Shown here: piece by piece, positions 14,101 through 27,450 of the stretch
Layout: every line of letters begins with the position of its first letter
Position numbering within the stretch: position 1 is the first letter of the stretch
Assembly (NCBI GenBank): GCA_013265495.1
Contig: MU058221.1
Coordinates: 62,001 to 126,000, forward strand
DNA: 64,000 bases
Direction of reading: 5' to 3'
From: Vicugna vicugna
Taxonomy: Eukaryota
Program-made: the position numbers and the translations under genes
The notes under the pieces: model-generated
The model's database searches: none
Seen by the model: only the letters and a program-made list of their open reading frames with translations
Told to the model about the DNA's origin: nothing

Positions 14101-16082
14101 AAGATTCTCTTCACCTAGAAAAACGCTACTTCCTTTTCACATTTAAAATAGAAGAAGAAGGAGGAGAAACTTCTACCTTTAAGATGCTTCTTAAATCTCC
14201 CTTCCTTTATGGAGCCTTGGAGGGTGGTCCCCTCGCCCTGCCCGAGGGCCAAGCACTTCTTCCATGGAAGCAATATCCCACCAACAAACGGCACACGGCA
14301 CACAGTAGGTGTGGGTCTACCTACCTGTTTTCCGCGACAGACCCCCCAGGCTAAGCGGTCTTCCCTCTTTTCCTCCTAGAGCACCCTATGCTTTTCCAGC
14401 ATAGCATTTACCATGGTTTGCAGTTATGCATTTCTTTGTGTGTTTACTTCTTTAATGCCTGCCCCCTAATAACACTGAGCTCCCAGATGACAGGAACTAA
14501 GACTGCTGGATTCACCGCCACATCAGCGTCGCACGGCCTAGAGCCAGCCACACAGTAGTTCAGTTTGTTAAGTGAACATATGATTGGATGAATGAAAAAA
14601 TAAAAGCAAAGATTTTACTAATAAATCAAATGCCAGTGAAATCTAAGGAATCAAAGCTGTTAGTTTCTGAGCAAACCAGACACTGCCTCTCAGACCCCCT
14701 GGCACCCCCCTGGTCCAGAAGACTAGACAGGCGTCGGCGGCAGTAACAGCTCCGACGTGGGTGTTCGGAGCATGTGTGTATACTGCCCTGTTTAACCGTT
14801 CTTGGACTCGGGGTGGAACATTTACACAGCTTTTTCCCGTGAGCGCAAATTCAGACCCCACGGGACTGGAATAAAGCCACACGTAGGTTATATCATTGAG
14901 CCCACGTTTTCACTGAGCCACGCAGTGTCTCAGCCGTGCTCTCCTAGAGAGGGACCCCCTGTCCTCACTGTCTACGGAAGAGAAGTGGGCAGAGCCAACT
15001 CAGCTTCTGCCTGTCCCTAAGGAGAGAGTCCTGTTTGTGCATCACACACACACCCGGCCGAAGGCACTCCAGGCCACGCCCACATCCAGGTGAGAGACCT
15101 TGGTGGGAAGGAGTGAGGAGGGAGTTCGGCCGGAATGACCCTTTCTTGACTCATCCAGTGTCCTCCAGGACTGAGGGACTCTTCAAGCTCAAAATGTGAC
15201 TCTTGAAAGTTGCACTGTTCATTTTCCCCTAATACCTGAAACTCAAGACCAACCAAATAATTCAGCTGAGTTGCTGCTTTGTGTGGAAAAAGAAATATCC
15301 CAAGGCCATTTCCCGTGTGGCCTTTCTGATTCCGGACGGTGTCTCTCTGGGAGAGCGCCCCATCCACAAAGGCCTTCTGTGGAGGTGTGTGCACATCTCA
15401 CCGAGATGTTTCCAAGAAGAGCAAAGACACCGTTTCAACCAAGGCAAATTTATGAAGTTGGCAGCCAAACTCTAATTCCAGCCTGGAGCCTCAGGGACGT
15501 CAGCACCAGGAGCCGAGGCACAGCTGAGTTTCTCATTTAAGTCAAGCTTTTAACCCTCTGTGTCATCTCTCTGGTCTGGACAACAAAAGACTCCTGTGTA
15601 TTAAAACCCAGAGGATGTCTTTAGATTTAGATAAAGAGCTCTTCTCAAAGCTTGCTGGACCTGTCCTTTAAACCTGGTAACAAAGCATTCAGAAGGAAAT
15701 GCCAGTCTTTTCCATTACAAAGAACTCAAATGGCAACAGTCAAATCATCCAGATTTATTCTAAGCAAAAGGCTGTCACCCCAGCAAACCTCCTTATAAAA
15801 TACGCTTTCCACTTCCTATAAAATCCAAGCAACTCTCTTCTATAGATTTAGCCAATCACCTTTCCCTCTGCGCACAGGATCATACGTCTCACGTCCAGTT
15901 CAAAACCAGTGTCCCCTCCCTTCCTCCCACCCACTGATCTCTGAGTCACTTTCCTTCCTCTCAAGGCTCTGCGCCACCCATCATTCTTACTGCCCTGGTG
16001 TCCACAGAGCAGACACGTATTGCCCACGCATGATGGGGAGCCCCAGCACACTGTGCTCCCTCAGGACATCTCAAAGTAAATT

Positions 16083-16388
16083 TGTAATGGGAGAATTCAG
16101 CCGGCGGGGAGAGACAGACAGCACGACTCGGAGTATCAGAAAAAACTGGTTTATTCCGCACCGGTGCCGGCCCAGCAGTCACCTCCAAAGGCTGCGCGCC
16201 GGCTGGGGCTTTGACAGCCTTACATGTATCTTAGGCTGTCGGGTATCAGAGACCTTCCGGGGTAAGTGCAGTCAGTTTCTCAGTGGCTGTTACTGGCTGA
16301 TACAAGAAGCAAGCAAGACTACAGACGCCAACGGCACGACAGTGCGAGCAACGGTGTTTTCTCCTTTCTTATCTCTTCTTCCTCTTCA
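16083..16388 (-). mobile_element. ERV solo LTR (class I-like), CpG-rich
   Basis: Minus strand reads TGAAGAGG...AATAAA...CCCATTACA; 4-bp flanks aatt / agtt (one mismatch). Confidence 0.7.
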
Positions 16389-17091
16389 AGTTCAGTAGAT
16401 AACGTATTGTACATGAATTTGAGATGGTCTGGATTTAACAGCATGTGATGATGATTAACCACTGGGCATTGTGAGAGAAATTTTCTCTCCTCCACCTAAT
16501 AAAAGCTGAAGAGCTAAGGCACCTATCAGGGGCTTCCCGAGGGACTCCTAACCATCAGCGTGGAAGCTGTCCAGAACACGGGGAGAAATATGAAAAAAGC
16601 ACGTAAAAAGGAAAAATGAACACAGAGGTACTTTCCCAGTGTGCACAGCACACTTGTGGCCACACTGTGGGGCCTCCTCTGGCTCTGTCCCTCCCTATAT
16701 ATATTGACAGGTCTTCTCCATCTTTAGAATGTTCCCCCTACCTAGTACCCCTAGTTACCATCTTCTCTCTCTTGTTACTTTTATAACCGAGCTACTGGAA
16801 AGAATTACCTATGCTTAGTCTCTCTGCCTCCTCACCTCAACCCATCTCATCCTCCACACCCCTCTTACCAAGTCACCAGTGGCTTCCCAATCCCCAAGTC
16901 CATGGGTGTTCCTTTCCTCAGTGGACTTCCATCTACTTTGATGCTCTCGATTCCTCCCTCTTGGAAAACTCCTACATTCTAGTCTCTCGTATCCTCCTTT
17001 TCTGCCCAGCTCTTACCCTTGTGGCCTTCACGAGAGCCTCTCCTTCCCCTCCCTCAGAGGTCAGTGTTGCCCCCCAGGCCCTCCGCTCTCA

Positions 17092-17335
17092 GAGGCAGTC
17101 TGGCAAAGACACTAACGGCACAGGCTCGAACCCTGACTGCCTTGGCTAAAATCCTATGTCCATTACTTACAGCTTTATGACCTTGAACAAGTTACTTACC
17201 ATCCTGGTGCCTCAGTTTATTCAGCTGTATAGTGGGTATAATAATAGTCTTTTCTGGTAATAATCATTCAGGGCATTAATACCCTTAAAGTTCTTAGAAC
17301 ACACAGTACACACTCAATAAGCATTAGCCATTATA
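17092..17335 (+). mobile_element. MIR SINE
   Basis: MIR core 'ttacagctttatgaccttgaacaagttactt...gcctcagttt...tgtatagtggg'; lies among L2-like fragments. Confidence 0.7.
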
Positions 17336-17774
17336 ATTTCTCTTCCTGTGCTCTGCACGCCCCTGAACTACGCCATGACTTCATTACCTCTTGCTAAGAG
17401 TTTACCCTTGGATCTTCTTCAAGATTTTTCTCCTGAATCACAAACCGACAAAACCATGGCCCACCAGACTTGTCTCCCGGGTTATCCCTAAGATGCTTCA
17501 AATTGAGTTTGAGCTTTTTTTCCTACGACCTTTTCCTGCAAGTGCTCCTCCTCTTTCTCCACCTCCGTAACCTCTCCTAATGAATAGCCCCACTGTCCTT
17601 ACTCTTGGTTGCCCAGGCTGAAATCCCACAATCATCCAAGACTCCTGCACAGCCACCAAATTTTGTCGATTTACTGCCAAAATGTTCCTTGAGTCTGTGC
17701 CCAGTTCTCCAGTCCTATTACCAGTGACTTAAATAGAACCTCATATTTTTTTTCATCTGGATAAGTAACAATGA

Positions 17775-18035
17775 TATTAAAAATAATATTCACCACTATT
17801 ATTACATGCCAATTATGGATCAGTCACTGTAGTCGACACTTCACATACTTCACTGTCCATTATCCCAACAGTCAACCATGCACAAGGGAGGGGATCATCC
17901 ATTCCTGTTTTCAGAGGAGCGAGACAGAAGCTCAGAGACACTCCGTAAGTAACCTCAGTCACACACATGTGCTGTGGAGCTGGGATGTGGACTGAGGTTT
18001 GTCTGACTCCAAGCCCCTCTTCCTGCTCTCTAAAC
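17775..18035 (-). mobile_element. MIR SINE
   Basis: Antisense core 'ttttcagaggagcgagacagaagctcagagac...gtctgactccaagcc'. Confidence 0.6.
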
Positions 18036-18601
18036 TGCATCGGTGTCCTAAGTGGTCTTCCTGTCACCTGTCTTATTCCTTTCCAGTATCTACTCTATTG
18101 CCAGAAGGATCTGTTTTTGCAGGGAAACTCTGACCAGGTTTCTCCTCTGTGTGAAATCCTGTAATAGCTCCCTGCTGCCTTCAGAATGAAAAAAGCACAT
18201 TCTGTGGCAAGGCTTTTCCTTGTGCGCCACTCTGCCCACTTAGACATCTGCCTCCCTTCTGTCCAGCCACGCATACCTGTCTTTCATTCCTGGAGCACAC
18301 CACGCCTGGAGCACACCACGCCTGCTCCCCTGCTCATGCCACTCTCCTCCCGGTCCCTCCGCCTACGATGCCCTCCTCCTCTCGTCAGCCTGGATGCCTC
18401 CACTCAGCCTCCTGGACGGCCTTGAATCCACCTCCTGCCAAGGCCGAGTTTAGCTGTCCCTCCTCTGGACACCCACAGCACTCTGCAATTGCCTCTAGCA
18501 CTGAATTTTAGAGTGGTGCAGCAGGCACTGACTGAGCGCCTACAGTATGCCAGAGTTCACGGTGGACTCTAGTGATTTAGGAATCAATAAGATATGTCTT
18601 G

Positions 18602-19502
18602 TATGAATGGCCAACAGGCACATGAAAAAAATGCTCCATATCACTAATTACCAGAGAAATGCAAATCAAAACTACGATGAGGTATCACCTCACACCGGTC
18701 AGAATGGCCGTCATGCAAAAGCCCACAAACAATGAATGCGGGAGAGGCTGTGGAGAAAGGGGACCCTCCTGCACTGCTGGTGGGAATGCGGTTTGGTGCA
18801 GCAGTTATGGAAAACAGTAAGGAGATTCCTCAAGACTAAAAACAGACTTACCATAGGACCCAGCAGTCCCACTCCTGGGCATATATTCAAAGGGAATCCT
18901 AACTCAAAAAGACACACGCACCCCAACGTTCATAGCAGCACTATTTACAATCGCCAAGACATGGAAACAGCCTAAATGTCCATCAACAGAGGACTGGATA
19001 AAGAAGATTTGGTATATTTATACGATGGAATACTACTCAGCCTTCAAAAATGATAAAATAATGCCATTTGCAGCAACATGGATGGCCCTGGAGAATGTCA
19101 TTCTAAATGCAATAAGCCAGAAAGAGAAAGAAAAATACCATACGATATCAGTCACGTGTGGATTCTTAAAAAAAAAGATAAATGAACTTACATATAAAAC
19201 AGAAATAGACTCACAGACAGAATACAGACTTGTGGCTACCAGTTGGGAGAGAGGTGTGAAGGGATAAACTGGCATTTCGAGATTTGCAGATACTGACTGG
19301 TATGTATAAAATAGATAAGTAAGTTTATACTGTATAGCACAGGGAAGTATATTCAATATCTTACAGAAGCTCATGGTGAAAAAGAATATGAAAATGAATA
19401 TAGGTATGTTCATGTATGATTGAAGCACTGTGCTGTGCACCAGAAATTGACACATTGTAAATTGACTATAACTCAATAAAAAATTTGATTTGATTAAAAA
19501 AA
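18602..19502 (+). mobile_element. 5'-truncated young LINE-1
   Basis: ORF2 C-terminus, 3' UTR and poly(A); perfect 13-bp TSD aagatatgtcttg (18589-18601 / 19503-19515). Confidence 0.95.
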
Positions 19503-20452
19503 AAGATATGTCTTGATTTCTGAGATCGTCCTTTAATGAGAGAGATGGACAACAAAATGCTTCATCACTACCTCTGATTCCCCTGTCTCCACAGTGGATT
19601 TCTGAGGTTCTTGGGCAGGAAGTATATCTCGTTCATCTCCGCATCCCCAGGGCCTAGCATTACGCCTGGCACACGGGGATGTCAGTAAACACAGCTTGAG
19701 CTAAACAGACAAACCGAGGCCACCAAGCTACCTCTCTCTGCGAGCACACAGGCCATCCACGGGGACACTCTTCACTTCCATGTGTGTCTTTTCCAGACTC
19801 TAAATGTCCAAGTCCTTGTTTTCCATATTTTCAGGAGGTCCTCAAAGTGCACTTTAGCAAGGGAGGAAGCTAACATCAGACGTTGCTCAGCCAAGTGAAA
19901 CACACGATAGGAACTTCAGGGAAGTAACACGTGTGTCTTCCAATAAGACGCCCTTCCTGCCCCTGTGCGTGGGCAGCTGTGGCCCATCTTGTCAAGGTGA
20001 GTGAGGAAGAGGACAAGCCAGCTGTATCTGTGTAGGTCCCTGGGGCAAGACAGGTTTAAAAGGAGGCCCTTTTGATCAGGGGTCCCTGTGCAGAAACAAG
20101 GCCCCCCCGAAGTCAATTCCCTCCTGCTGCTGACCAACTGAACGACACAGGGCAGAGAAGGGCACAAAGGGGAGAGGCTCAGATTTCAGCAGATTGCTTT
20201 GTGAAATTCATTCTTTTCTTCAAAATTTATGGTTACTTTCCTGCTGAGCAGCATTTCCACGTCCTCTCACCTTGGAGGACAAAGTGCATGCTGCCTAGAT
20301 GATCAAAGAGGGGGCAAGAGGAGGAAGAGAGAGGTGCTGATCCCCAGAGCAGGGAGCTTCTAACGGCCCTGAGTTCTAACAAGGCAAGGCCCCAGCCATC
20401 AGGGCGGGGAGAGGGAAAGGGGGAAAAACGTGGAGGGAATGACCGTTCTCAC

Positions 20453-20547
20453 CTGAACCACAGCAACCCGCACACCTGTGGTTTCCTCTTTGAAAACTAG
20501 ATTTTCTAAAAGCATCTCTGATAATAATATGACCATCCTGACACGGC
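20453..20547 (-). other. Candidate internal exon (95 nt) of an unidentified transcript from the CpG island
   Basis: Minus-strand acceptor 'cttcaccgttgccccag|' and strong donor 'CAG|gtgaga'; unique sequence. Confidence 0.45.
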
Positions 20548-21328
20548 CTGGGGCAACGGTGAAGAGTTTAGAGGCCGGTGGCCTGGATCTGGTCCCAGGT
20601 CTGCCTTTTGCCTGTGGTGGGATCCTGATTCCTCCTGTAATACAACCGCAGAGGATGGCTGTGAGGGTCAATGCAAGAAGGCATGCAAATCCCTTAGCAC
20701 AGGCTCCGGCACCTACGCCAGGTGCTCCTATTGTAGCTGACCACTAGGAACCACCCACGGGACCACCTTCCCTGCAGGAAGGATGTTCCGCAGGGAGACG
20801 TCCCTTCCCTCGGCCTCCGTTCCCTGACCCCCGGCTGGACCGCCTTCCTCTGCACCTGTATCTTCTCTGTCACAGGTTTACTCCACTGCGCTGTGTTGAT
20901 TTTCTTGTCTTTGTCCCCATTTGAGCCGTTAGCACCTTGAAGGTCAGGATGTGACCTAGGGCATTCACGCACTCACTTACCACTTACTAAGTGTCTCCTA
21001 CGTGCCAGGGGGTCACTAAGTGATAAATAGATTAAAGAAGCCAACAAGCATATTGTTCCCGTCACCTGTGGTGAGCTTTGGCAAAAGACTTTGGGGTCAA
21101 AGAGAAGGGCTGTAGATGTGAACGTGATTCCTGGGAAATGTGTCAGTCCTGATGGTTGATCTGGGTCTCGTGCTGATTTTATGTAACACAGAATTGATCA
21201 ATCAGTCAATCAGGTGTGCTCTCTCTTCCTCTGTCTCTCACTCTCTCTCCATTCTTCCTCCCTCTCGAAGTTCAGAGTCTCTCTCCCTTCTTTCTCCCTA
21301 AGTCCAGAGAAACTTAGCAATTACTTAC

Positions 21329-21379
21329 CGATTCATACAGACCTTTGGATCTCTGAAGGTAATGTTCAAAAGCCCAGAC
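21329..21379 (-). other. Candidate internal exon (51 nt) of an unidentified transcript
   Basis: Minus-strand acceptor 'cccctcccag|' and consensus donor 'TCG|gtaagt'. Confidence 0.45.
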
Positions 21380-24300
21380 CTGGGAGGGGCCATCCACACG
21401 GTTCATCAGCTAGGGCTTTGAAAAATAAAATAAAACAAAACCACCACCCACAACCACTAAGCACAGCCTGGCGACTGCGGTTTCTTTGCTTACTGGAGAC
21501 AGTGTCCCTCCCCCAGCCCCTGGGCTCTGGTCCCACTGCCCCCGGAGGAAGCAGGAGGCAGAGCCACCAAAGAGCTCAGCACACCTGAGCTTTAACTGCC
21601 CGCTCCACTGGCTCCCAACACGCAGAGACAGATCCCGCTCGAAGGCCCAGCCCATCACCACCACCTCCTCTAGCCTCCTGGTCACCACACACCCACACAT
21701 CTGTCAGGCCGTCCACGGGCTCAATCCCAGGCACGTGCCGCTTCCTGTCTGTCAGTGATGGCTGGCTCCTCTGAGCTCCCAGGTCTCTGCTCAGGTCTCT
21801 TCATCCCACTTATCATACTCTGGTGACCTGCTTATGTGTCCATCACACATCATGAACTGTGACCTTAATGATAAGGAGCACGTCCTCCTCACGGCTGTGT
21901 CTCTGGCACCAGCACAGAGCTACTCCCCCCACCCATATTCCAAACGCACCCTCACTCCTCAAGATCCCATCACCGTGTATGGTCCACTCTAGACTAAACG
22001 CCCCTTATGGAACCTCAAAGGGCATCATATAGAGTCAGACAGTGCGGGGCGTTTCACAGCGAACACAGCTCACGGCCTAAGCAGGGTGAGGCACCTCTCC
22101 GCAGAACTCCACACGCAAGCAGGAGCCAGCGTCACTGGGAATCGGACTGCTGGTCAGCTAAGAGGTGCCGCCCAACATGGCAGCAAGGGGATGGCACCAG
22201 AGGCCTGAAAACCTGGGGCTGGGCCTGACACTCCCTCCTGGGCTAGTTCATCTTCTGGATCAGGCCTTAAAAGCCGCAGTGAAAATGCAAGTGGTGCCCC
22301 AGAGACCTTGGGTCAGACTCTGGCTCCAACTGTTAGCACCCTGGGGGAATCTGTTTCTCAGATCAGTCAACTTGTGATCCAGGAAAGGGGATAACGCCAG
22401 AAGACAGTAAGAGTCTGGGTCTGAAGGGAGAAGGCAGTGCTACAGGGGCCTTGAGGGGTCGCTAACGTGTTGATGGGTGGGGGCACCCTCACCCTGCTCC
22501 ATTCTCGAAAGCAGCCCTATCAGAGGATTTCTGTGACCCCTAGCAAGACTGCAAGGCCTTGCACACACCAAGTAACCTCATTCCACTGAAGTTTTGGGGA
22601 CAGCCTACCAAAACAAGCAAACTCAAGGGGGTCACAGCTGTGTGGGTCGCTGTGAAAGAAACCAGAGCACACAAATGTGCAAGTATTCGTGCACGGAGGT
22701 CTGGCCTATGCAGCAAGCAGCCAATGGACCAGCAAGGTAAGGGTTCAAGTTCCAAAAGCAGGGCTTCATTCAGGGAAACAAAAGACTCCAAGTCGGTGAA
22801 GTGATCCACTGTAACCTCGTATCCAATGTCACACATGACTCAGACAGGGAGTCAGTGACAGGTTCCAACCTGGCTTTCCAAAATTCCACGGGAGTCATTA
22901 AATCCTTAAGTTTTATCTTTAATATATAAATGTTCTTTATAACACGTAGAGAGAAAGTATACTCTGTATCTCATCAAGTATAAGGTGGGAGACCCAGCTG
23001 GTGTCATTCATCCATCCATCCCACACCCGCTGATTAATTTAACCCAGTATTTATGTGCTAGGTGCACACTGCAAAGGGCACGTGCTTAGAAAGGACAAAG
23101 CCGGAGTCAGGTAGCTCCTGACCCTAAGTCTGCACCTCTCTCCTCCAGGCAGGTGTGCTGACTCCATGAGCCCCTCCCCAAAGAGTTAATGCTGATCTGA
23201 CCCTGGTCAGACACACTTAAGACTTCATTTGGCATCAGGTTCATTGGTGCTGACCTAGAGCTGTGACAGGAGATAGACCCCAATGTCTCGTCCTTCTGAG
23301 ACTGGGTTAGGGGCAAGGAGGAGGGGAAAGGAACGGGAGGTGTAAAAATAACGGCACAGTCTTAGACCACAAGTGTGGTGCAGCTGAAAAAGCCGATGGA
23401 CTTTGACTCTTATTAATGTACACAACAAACTCCAGCTCATGTTTACAGAGCACTTACTGTATGTGGACCACTGGATTAAGCCCTTCACCTGCATAGTGTG
23501 AAGAGTGTGTGTTTTGCAATTCGGATGTCTCTGTGAACCCTGGCCTACCACTCAAAGTGGCCTACCACTTCGGGGAAACCATGTGGCGTCTTTGTGCCTT
23601 CATTTCTTTGCCTGGAGGATAGGGTAATACCAGTACTAACTTTGTATGGTCCTCATAAATAAAGATTAAGTGATTAAAATATAAAATGCCAAACTTGAAC
23701 CATGTCCTGGCACAGAGCAGGCACTCAGTATTAAGATGAGCAATCATTATCCCATCAGTCAGTCACAGTCTGTAGAGAAGGCAGACTGCTTCTTTCTATT
23801 TTATTAAAAACCGTTTGAGAGACTAAGTCAAAGTGCTTAAGGTCACAGAGTTAATAAATGGCAGAACTGGGACTTGAAAGTGGGCAGCCTGACTCCAAAG
23901 CCTACAAGCTTAGCCACCACCGTGAACACAGCACTGTACTACGTTCCAGGTACACGTGACCAGGCAGGCGATCCCTTATACAGGGCAGTAGACACTACAA
24001 GAGACACAATGAAAGAAAAAAGGGGCTGGGGCTGGGGTAGCAGGGAGGGACAGAGCTGAGCCATCTCCAGGAACTAAAGAACACTTCACCCAGAGGGGTA
24101 CTTGAGCTGTAGTCTCAAAGAATGATGAGGGATTTGCCAGCCATGGAGGAGGAAGGGCATTCCAAAAAGTCAAGACCTAGAACACCAGGAGAATAGTAAC
24201 GGGAGGAAGTGTCATAAGGTGAGTCTGGGAAGGTAAGTCGACACCAGCGTGAACAGGCAATGTATGCCAACGTCGGAGGTTAGTTTTTATTCTGTAAGAC

Positions 24301-24436
24301 AGTGATTCTCAAACTTTAATATGCACAGGATCTATCTCTGGTGCTTGTAAAACACAACCAGATTCCTGTCCCTTCCATTAGCACAGGGAGCCCAACAAGG
24401 TTATTAAGGCAGTGTAGTAGCATGGCCTGCAGTGGG

Positions 24437-25207
24437 TTTTTTTTTTAATTTTTTTTTTATTGTGGTATAGTTGGTTTACAGTGTGTCAATTTCTGGTGCA
24501 CAGCACAATGCTTCAGTCATATCTAAGTATACGTATATTCATTTTCATATTCTTTTTCACCATAGGCTACTACAAGATATTGAAACTGTCCTATATAAAC
24601 TTGTTTATCTATTTTATATATACCAGTCAGTATCTGCAAATCTCAAACTCCCAGTTTATCCCTTCTCACCCCCCTCCCCCCTGGCAACCACAAGTCTGTA
24701 TTCTATGCCTGTGAGTCTGTTTCTGTTTTATATATAAGTTCATTTGTCTTTTTTTTTAAGATTCCAGATATGAGTGGTATCATGTGGTATTTTTCTTTCT
24801 CTTTCTGGCTTACTTCACTTAGAATGACATTCTCCAGGGCCATCCATGTTGCTGCAAATGGCATTATTTTATCATTTTTGAAGGCTGAGTAGTATTCCAT
24901 TGTATAAATATACCACAATGGTATCTTTATCCAGTCCTCTGTTAATGGACATTTTGGTGGTTTCCATGTCTTGGCTATTGTAAACAGTACTTCTATGAAT
25001 GTTGGGGTGCAGGTGTCTTTTTGAATTAGGGTTCTCTTTGAATATATGCCCAGGAGTGGGAGTGCTGGGTCATATGGTAAGTCTGTTTGTGGCCTTTTGA
25101 GGAATCTCCATGCTGTTTTTCACAGTGACTGCACCAAACTGCATTCCGACCAACACTGTAGGAGGGTTCCCTTTTCTCCACACCTTCTCTAGCATTTATC
25201 ATTTGTG
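24437..25207 (-). mobile_element. 5'-truncated young LINE-1
   Basis: Poly(T) at 24437, antisense 3' UTR and ORF2 end; imperfect TSD with core gcagtg on both sides. Confidence 0.92.
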
Positions 25208-25347
25208 GCAGTGTTTTTAACAATAGAATTCTAGCACTGGAATGAGGGGGAATTTGGGACAGAGGCTGGTATGATCAGCCAAACTGAAGCAGGTAAGAGG
25301 ATGAGAGTTGGGAATGACAGTGCTCTTCATCAACTGATACATTAACA

Positions 25348-25566
25348 CAGTGGTTTCTCATCGTCAGCAAGCACCACTAGAGTGGGATAATTCTTTGTTG
25401 TGCGGAGCTGTCCTGTGCATCCCAGGATGCTTAGCACCATCCCTGGTCTCTGCCCATCAGATGAATAGCATCCTTCCCCACTTACATGTTAATAGCCAGG
25501 AATGTTCCTAGACATTGCCAGATGTCATCTGGGAGGCAAAACCAAAACCCTAGTTGAGAGCCACTG
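25348..25566 (-). mobile_element. MER20 hAT DNA transposon
   Basis: CAG...CTG termini; antisense to the copy at 1270-1459. Confidence 0.8.
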
Positions 25567-26299
25567 CTTTAAATCCTCCCATCCTTACTTTACAGATGAG
25601 GAAATCGCAGAAAGTTCTCATCCAGGATTCAAATGCTGATGGTCTCACTCCAGGGCTTGGGATCTTAGCCATTAAGCTTAATGCCTTTTGGGGAGAGAGA
25701 CTCAAGCCAGCCTTTTGGGGAAGAATTACATATTTGGTGACAGGCTGGATGGATGATGGGAAAAGGATGAAAGAGTGAGGGTCAAAGGTGAAACACCAGT
25801 GCTTACCACTGAACTGTGAGGACAGCAGGTACTAAATAAATCATCTGGATTTGAATGGAATCAAGATGTATTTGCTCAAAGTGGAAAAAGCCCAGTCCCC
25901 CATAGTATAAGCCAACGGTAGGATCCTACTCAGACCGGACAGAGGAACCCTTAGGGCTGGGCATGGGATGTGCGGTACAGAGCAACCCACTCCCAGATCC
26001 TGGCTGGGCCCCTTCTCAGCTTTACGGCCCTGGTGGCATTACTGAACCTCTGCACGTCATTTTGCCCGTTTGTAAACTAGGGATAGGAGTTCCCAATCAG
26101 AGGCTTCAATGTGAGAACTCAGGCAGTCAGTAAGAGCAAAATGGCAAGCTAGCACGAAGTGGTTGGCTGTCCTCTCCTTCCAAGCCAGCCTCGTTACCTC
26201 CATGTCCCACGTGCGTCCCATATCCAGTGCTCCTCCCCACCTCTACACGCCAATTCTTGGGAACCCCAAACAGAAGGGCAAGGAGCTGACGGCGCCCCT

Positions 26300-27450
26300 C
26301 TCCACTAGCAGAGCGTCTCCCTGAGGCTACAGGGGCCCCAAGCGCCTTTTCACTCCCCAATCCGCTTTGACTTCAGGGTCCTGCGGGTCGCCAAAAGCAT
26401 GTGGCCAGCCGAGTGCTTACAAGGAGCCAGGTAAATGAGTTCAACGTGAGCCACGGAGACTTCGCGCAGGGTCGCACCCGGCAGGCCCGGGTCAAAGCCA
26501 GACAGTGTCGCGGGGCCCGCATGCTCAGCCCCCGGTCCCAGAGGCGGAGGAGGAGAGCGGCGCCGAGATTTTAAAGGACTCTCTCTCGCTCTCCGAAGCC
26601 GCACTGCTTAAGCAGGGAGCAGAGCTGTTGGCACCAGAAAAAGCGGGGCGGAGGCAACAGGAAAGTGCGAGGAGAGAGAGAGAGGGAGAAAGTGCTGGGA
26701 AGCGAAGTCCCGGGGGGCCCAGCCTGGAACACCCGGGCAGGGGGTCAGCAGTGCTCCGGTGTTTCCGAAGAGGGGCCGATGCGGCCAGGCCAGGGCCCGC
26801 CGGGGATGCCGGGCGCCCCCCGCCCCGAGCGCGCTCACCGGCGCCGCTTACCTTCGCTGGCACCGCCGGCGCGCACTTCCGGGGTCTGAGGTCCGGGCGC
26901 CGGGGCCCGAGCCGGGGGACCAGAGCCGATCCCTAAGGGAAGGACGCCACCAGGCTGGCACCGGCGCCTGGGGAAGAAGTCCCAGCGGGGGACTCGCCGC
27001 GGCTGGCGCGGGGCGCGGGGTCCCGGGCGGCAGCGCCGCGCCCCGCAGACGCCGGAGGCGCGCGAGTCCGCGGGAGGAAAGGGTTGCCTCATTTCCTTCT
27101 GTCTCCCCCTCCACTCCAGCCCCTCTGCCCGGGACTGCCCTCTCCCCCCGCCCCCGCCCCTTCCCCCGGCGAGCGGCCCCTGTGGGCGCTGGAGAGACGC
27201 GGAACCTGACTGGCTGCGGCGGGCGGCGGCGCCTCCCTCCGCATCGAGTCGGTGCGAGCTCCCGCGCTCCGTCCTCCCTTGAGCGCTCCTGACCGTGTGC
27301 AGGGCCCTGGAGGGTTCCCCGGCGGCTGTCCCCACCCTGGCCCGGAGCTCTACCCCTTCCCTCTGCTGGGACGGGCCAGGTTTGGAAGCAGACCCCCAAG
27401 CGGCCGCCCGCATCCATGCTCTCCTTCCTGTCCTGTCGCCTGCTTTGAGC
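26300..27450. promoter_or_regulatory. CpG island / probable promoter and first-exon region
   Basis: Very high GC and CpG density against CpG-poor flanks; GC boxes; ETS motif ACTTCCGG at 26875-26882; minus-strand donors AAG|gtaagc (after 26852) and CCG|gtgagc (after 26839). Confidence 0.85.

Noticed and set aside
18290..18325. Short exact tandem duplications (also near 30397-30435, 59528-59555 and 62740-62760)
   Set aside because: Two or three adjacent units without spacers; ordinary slippage, not CRISPR-like or otherwise organised.
22540..22836. 98-aa minus-strand ORF (MCDIGYEVTVDHF...)
   Set aside because: No recognisable homology and no convincing splice or Kozak context.
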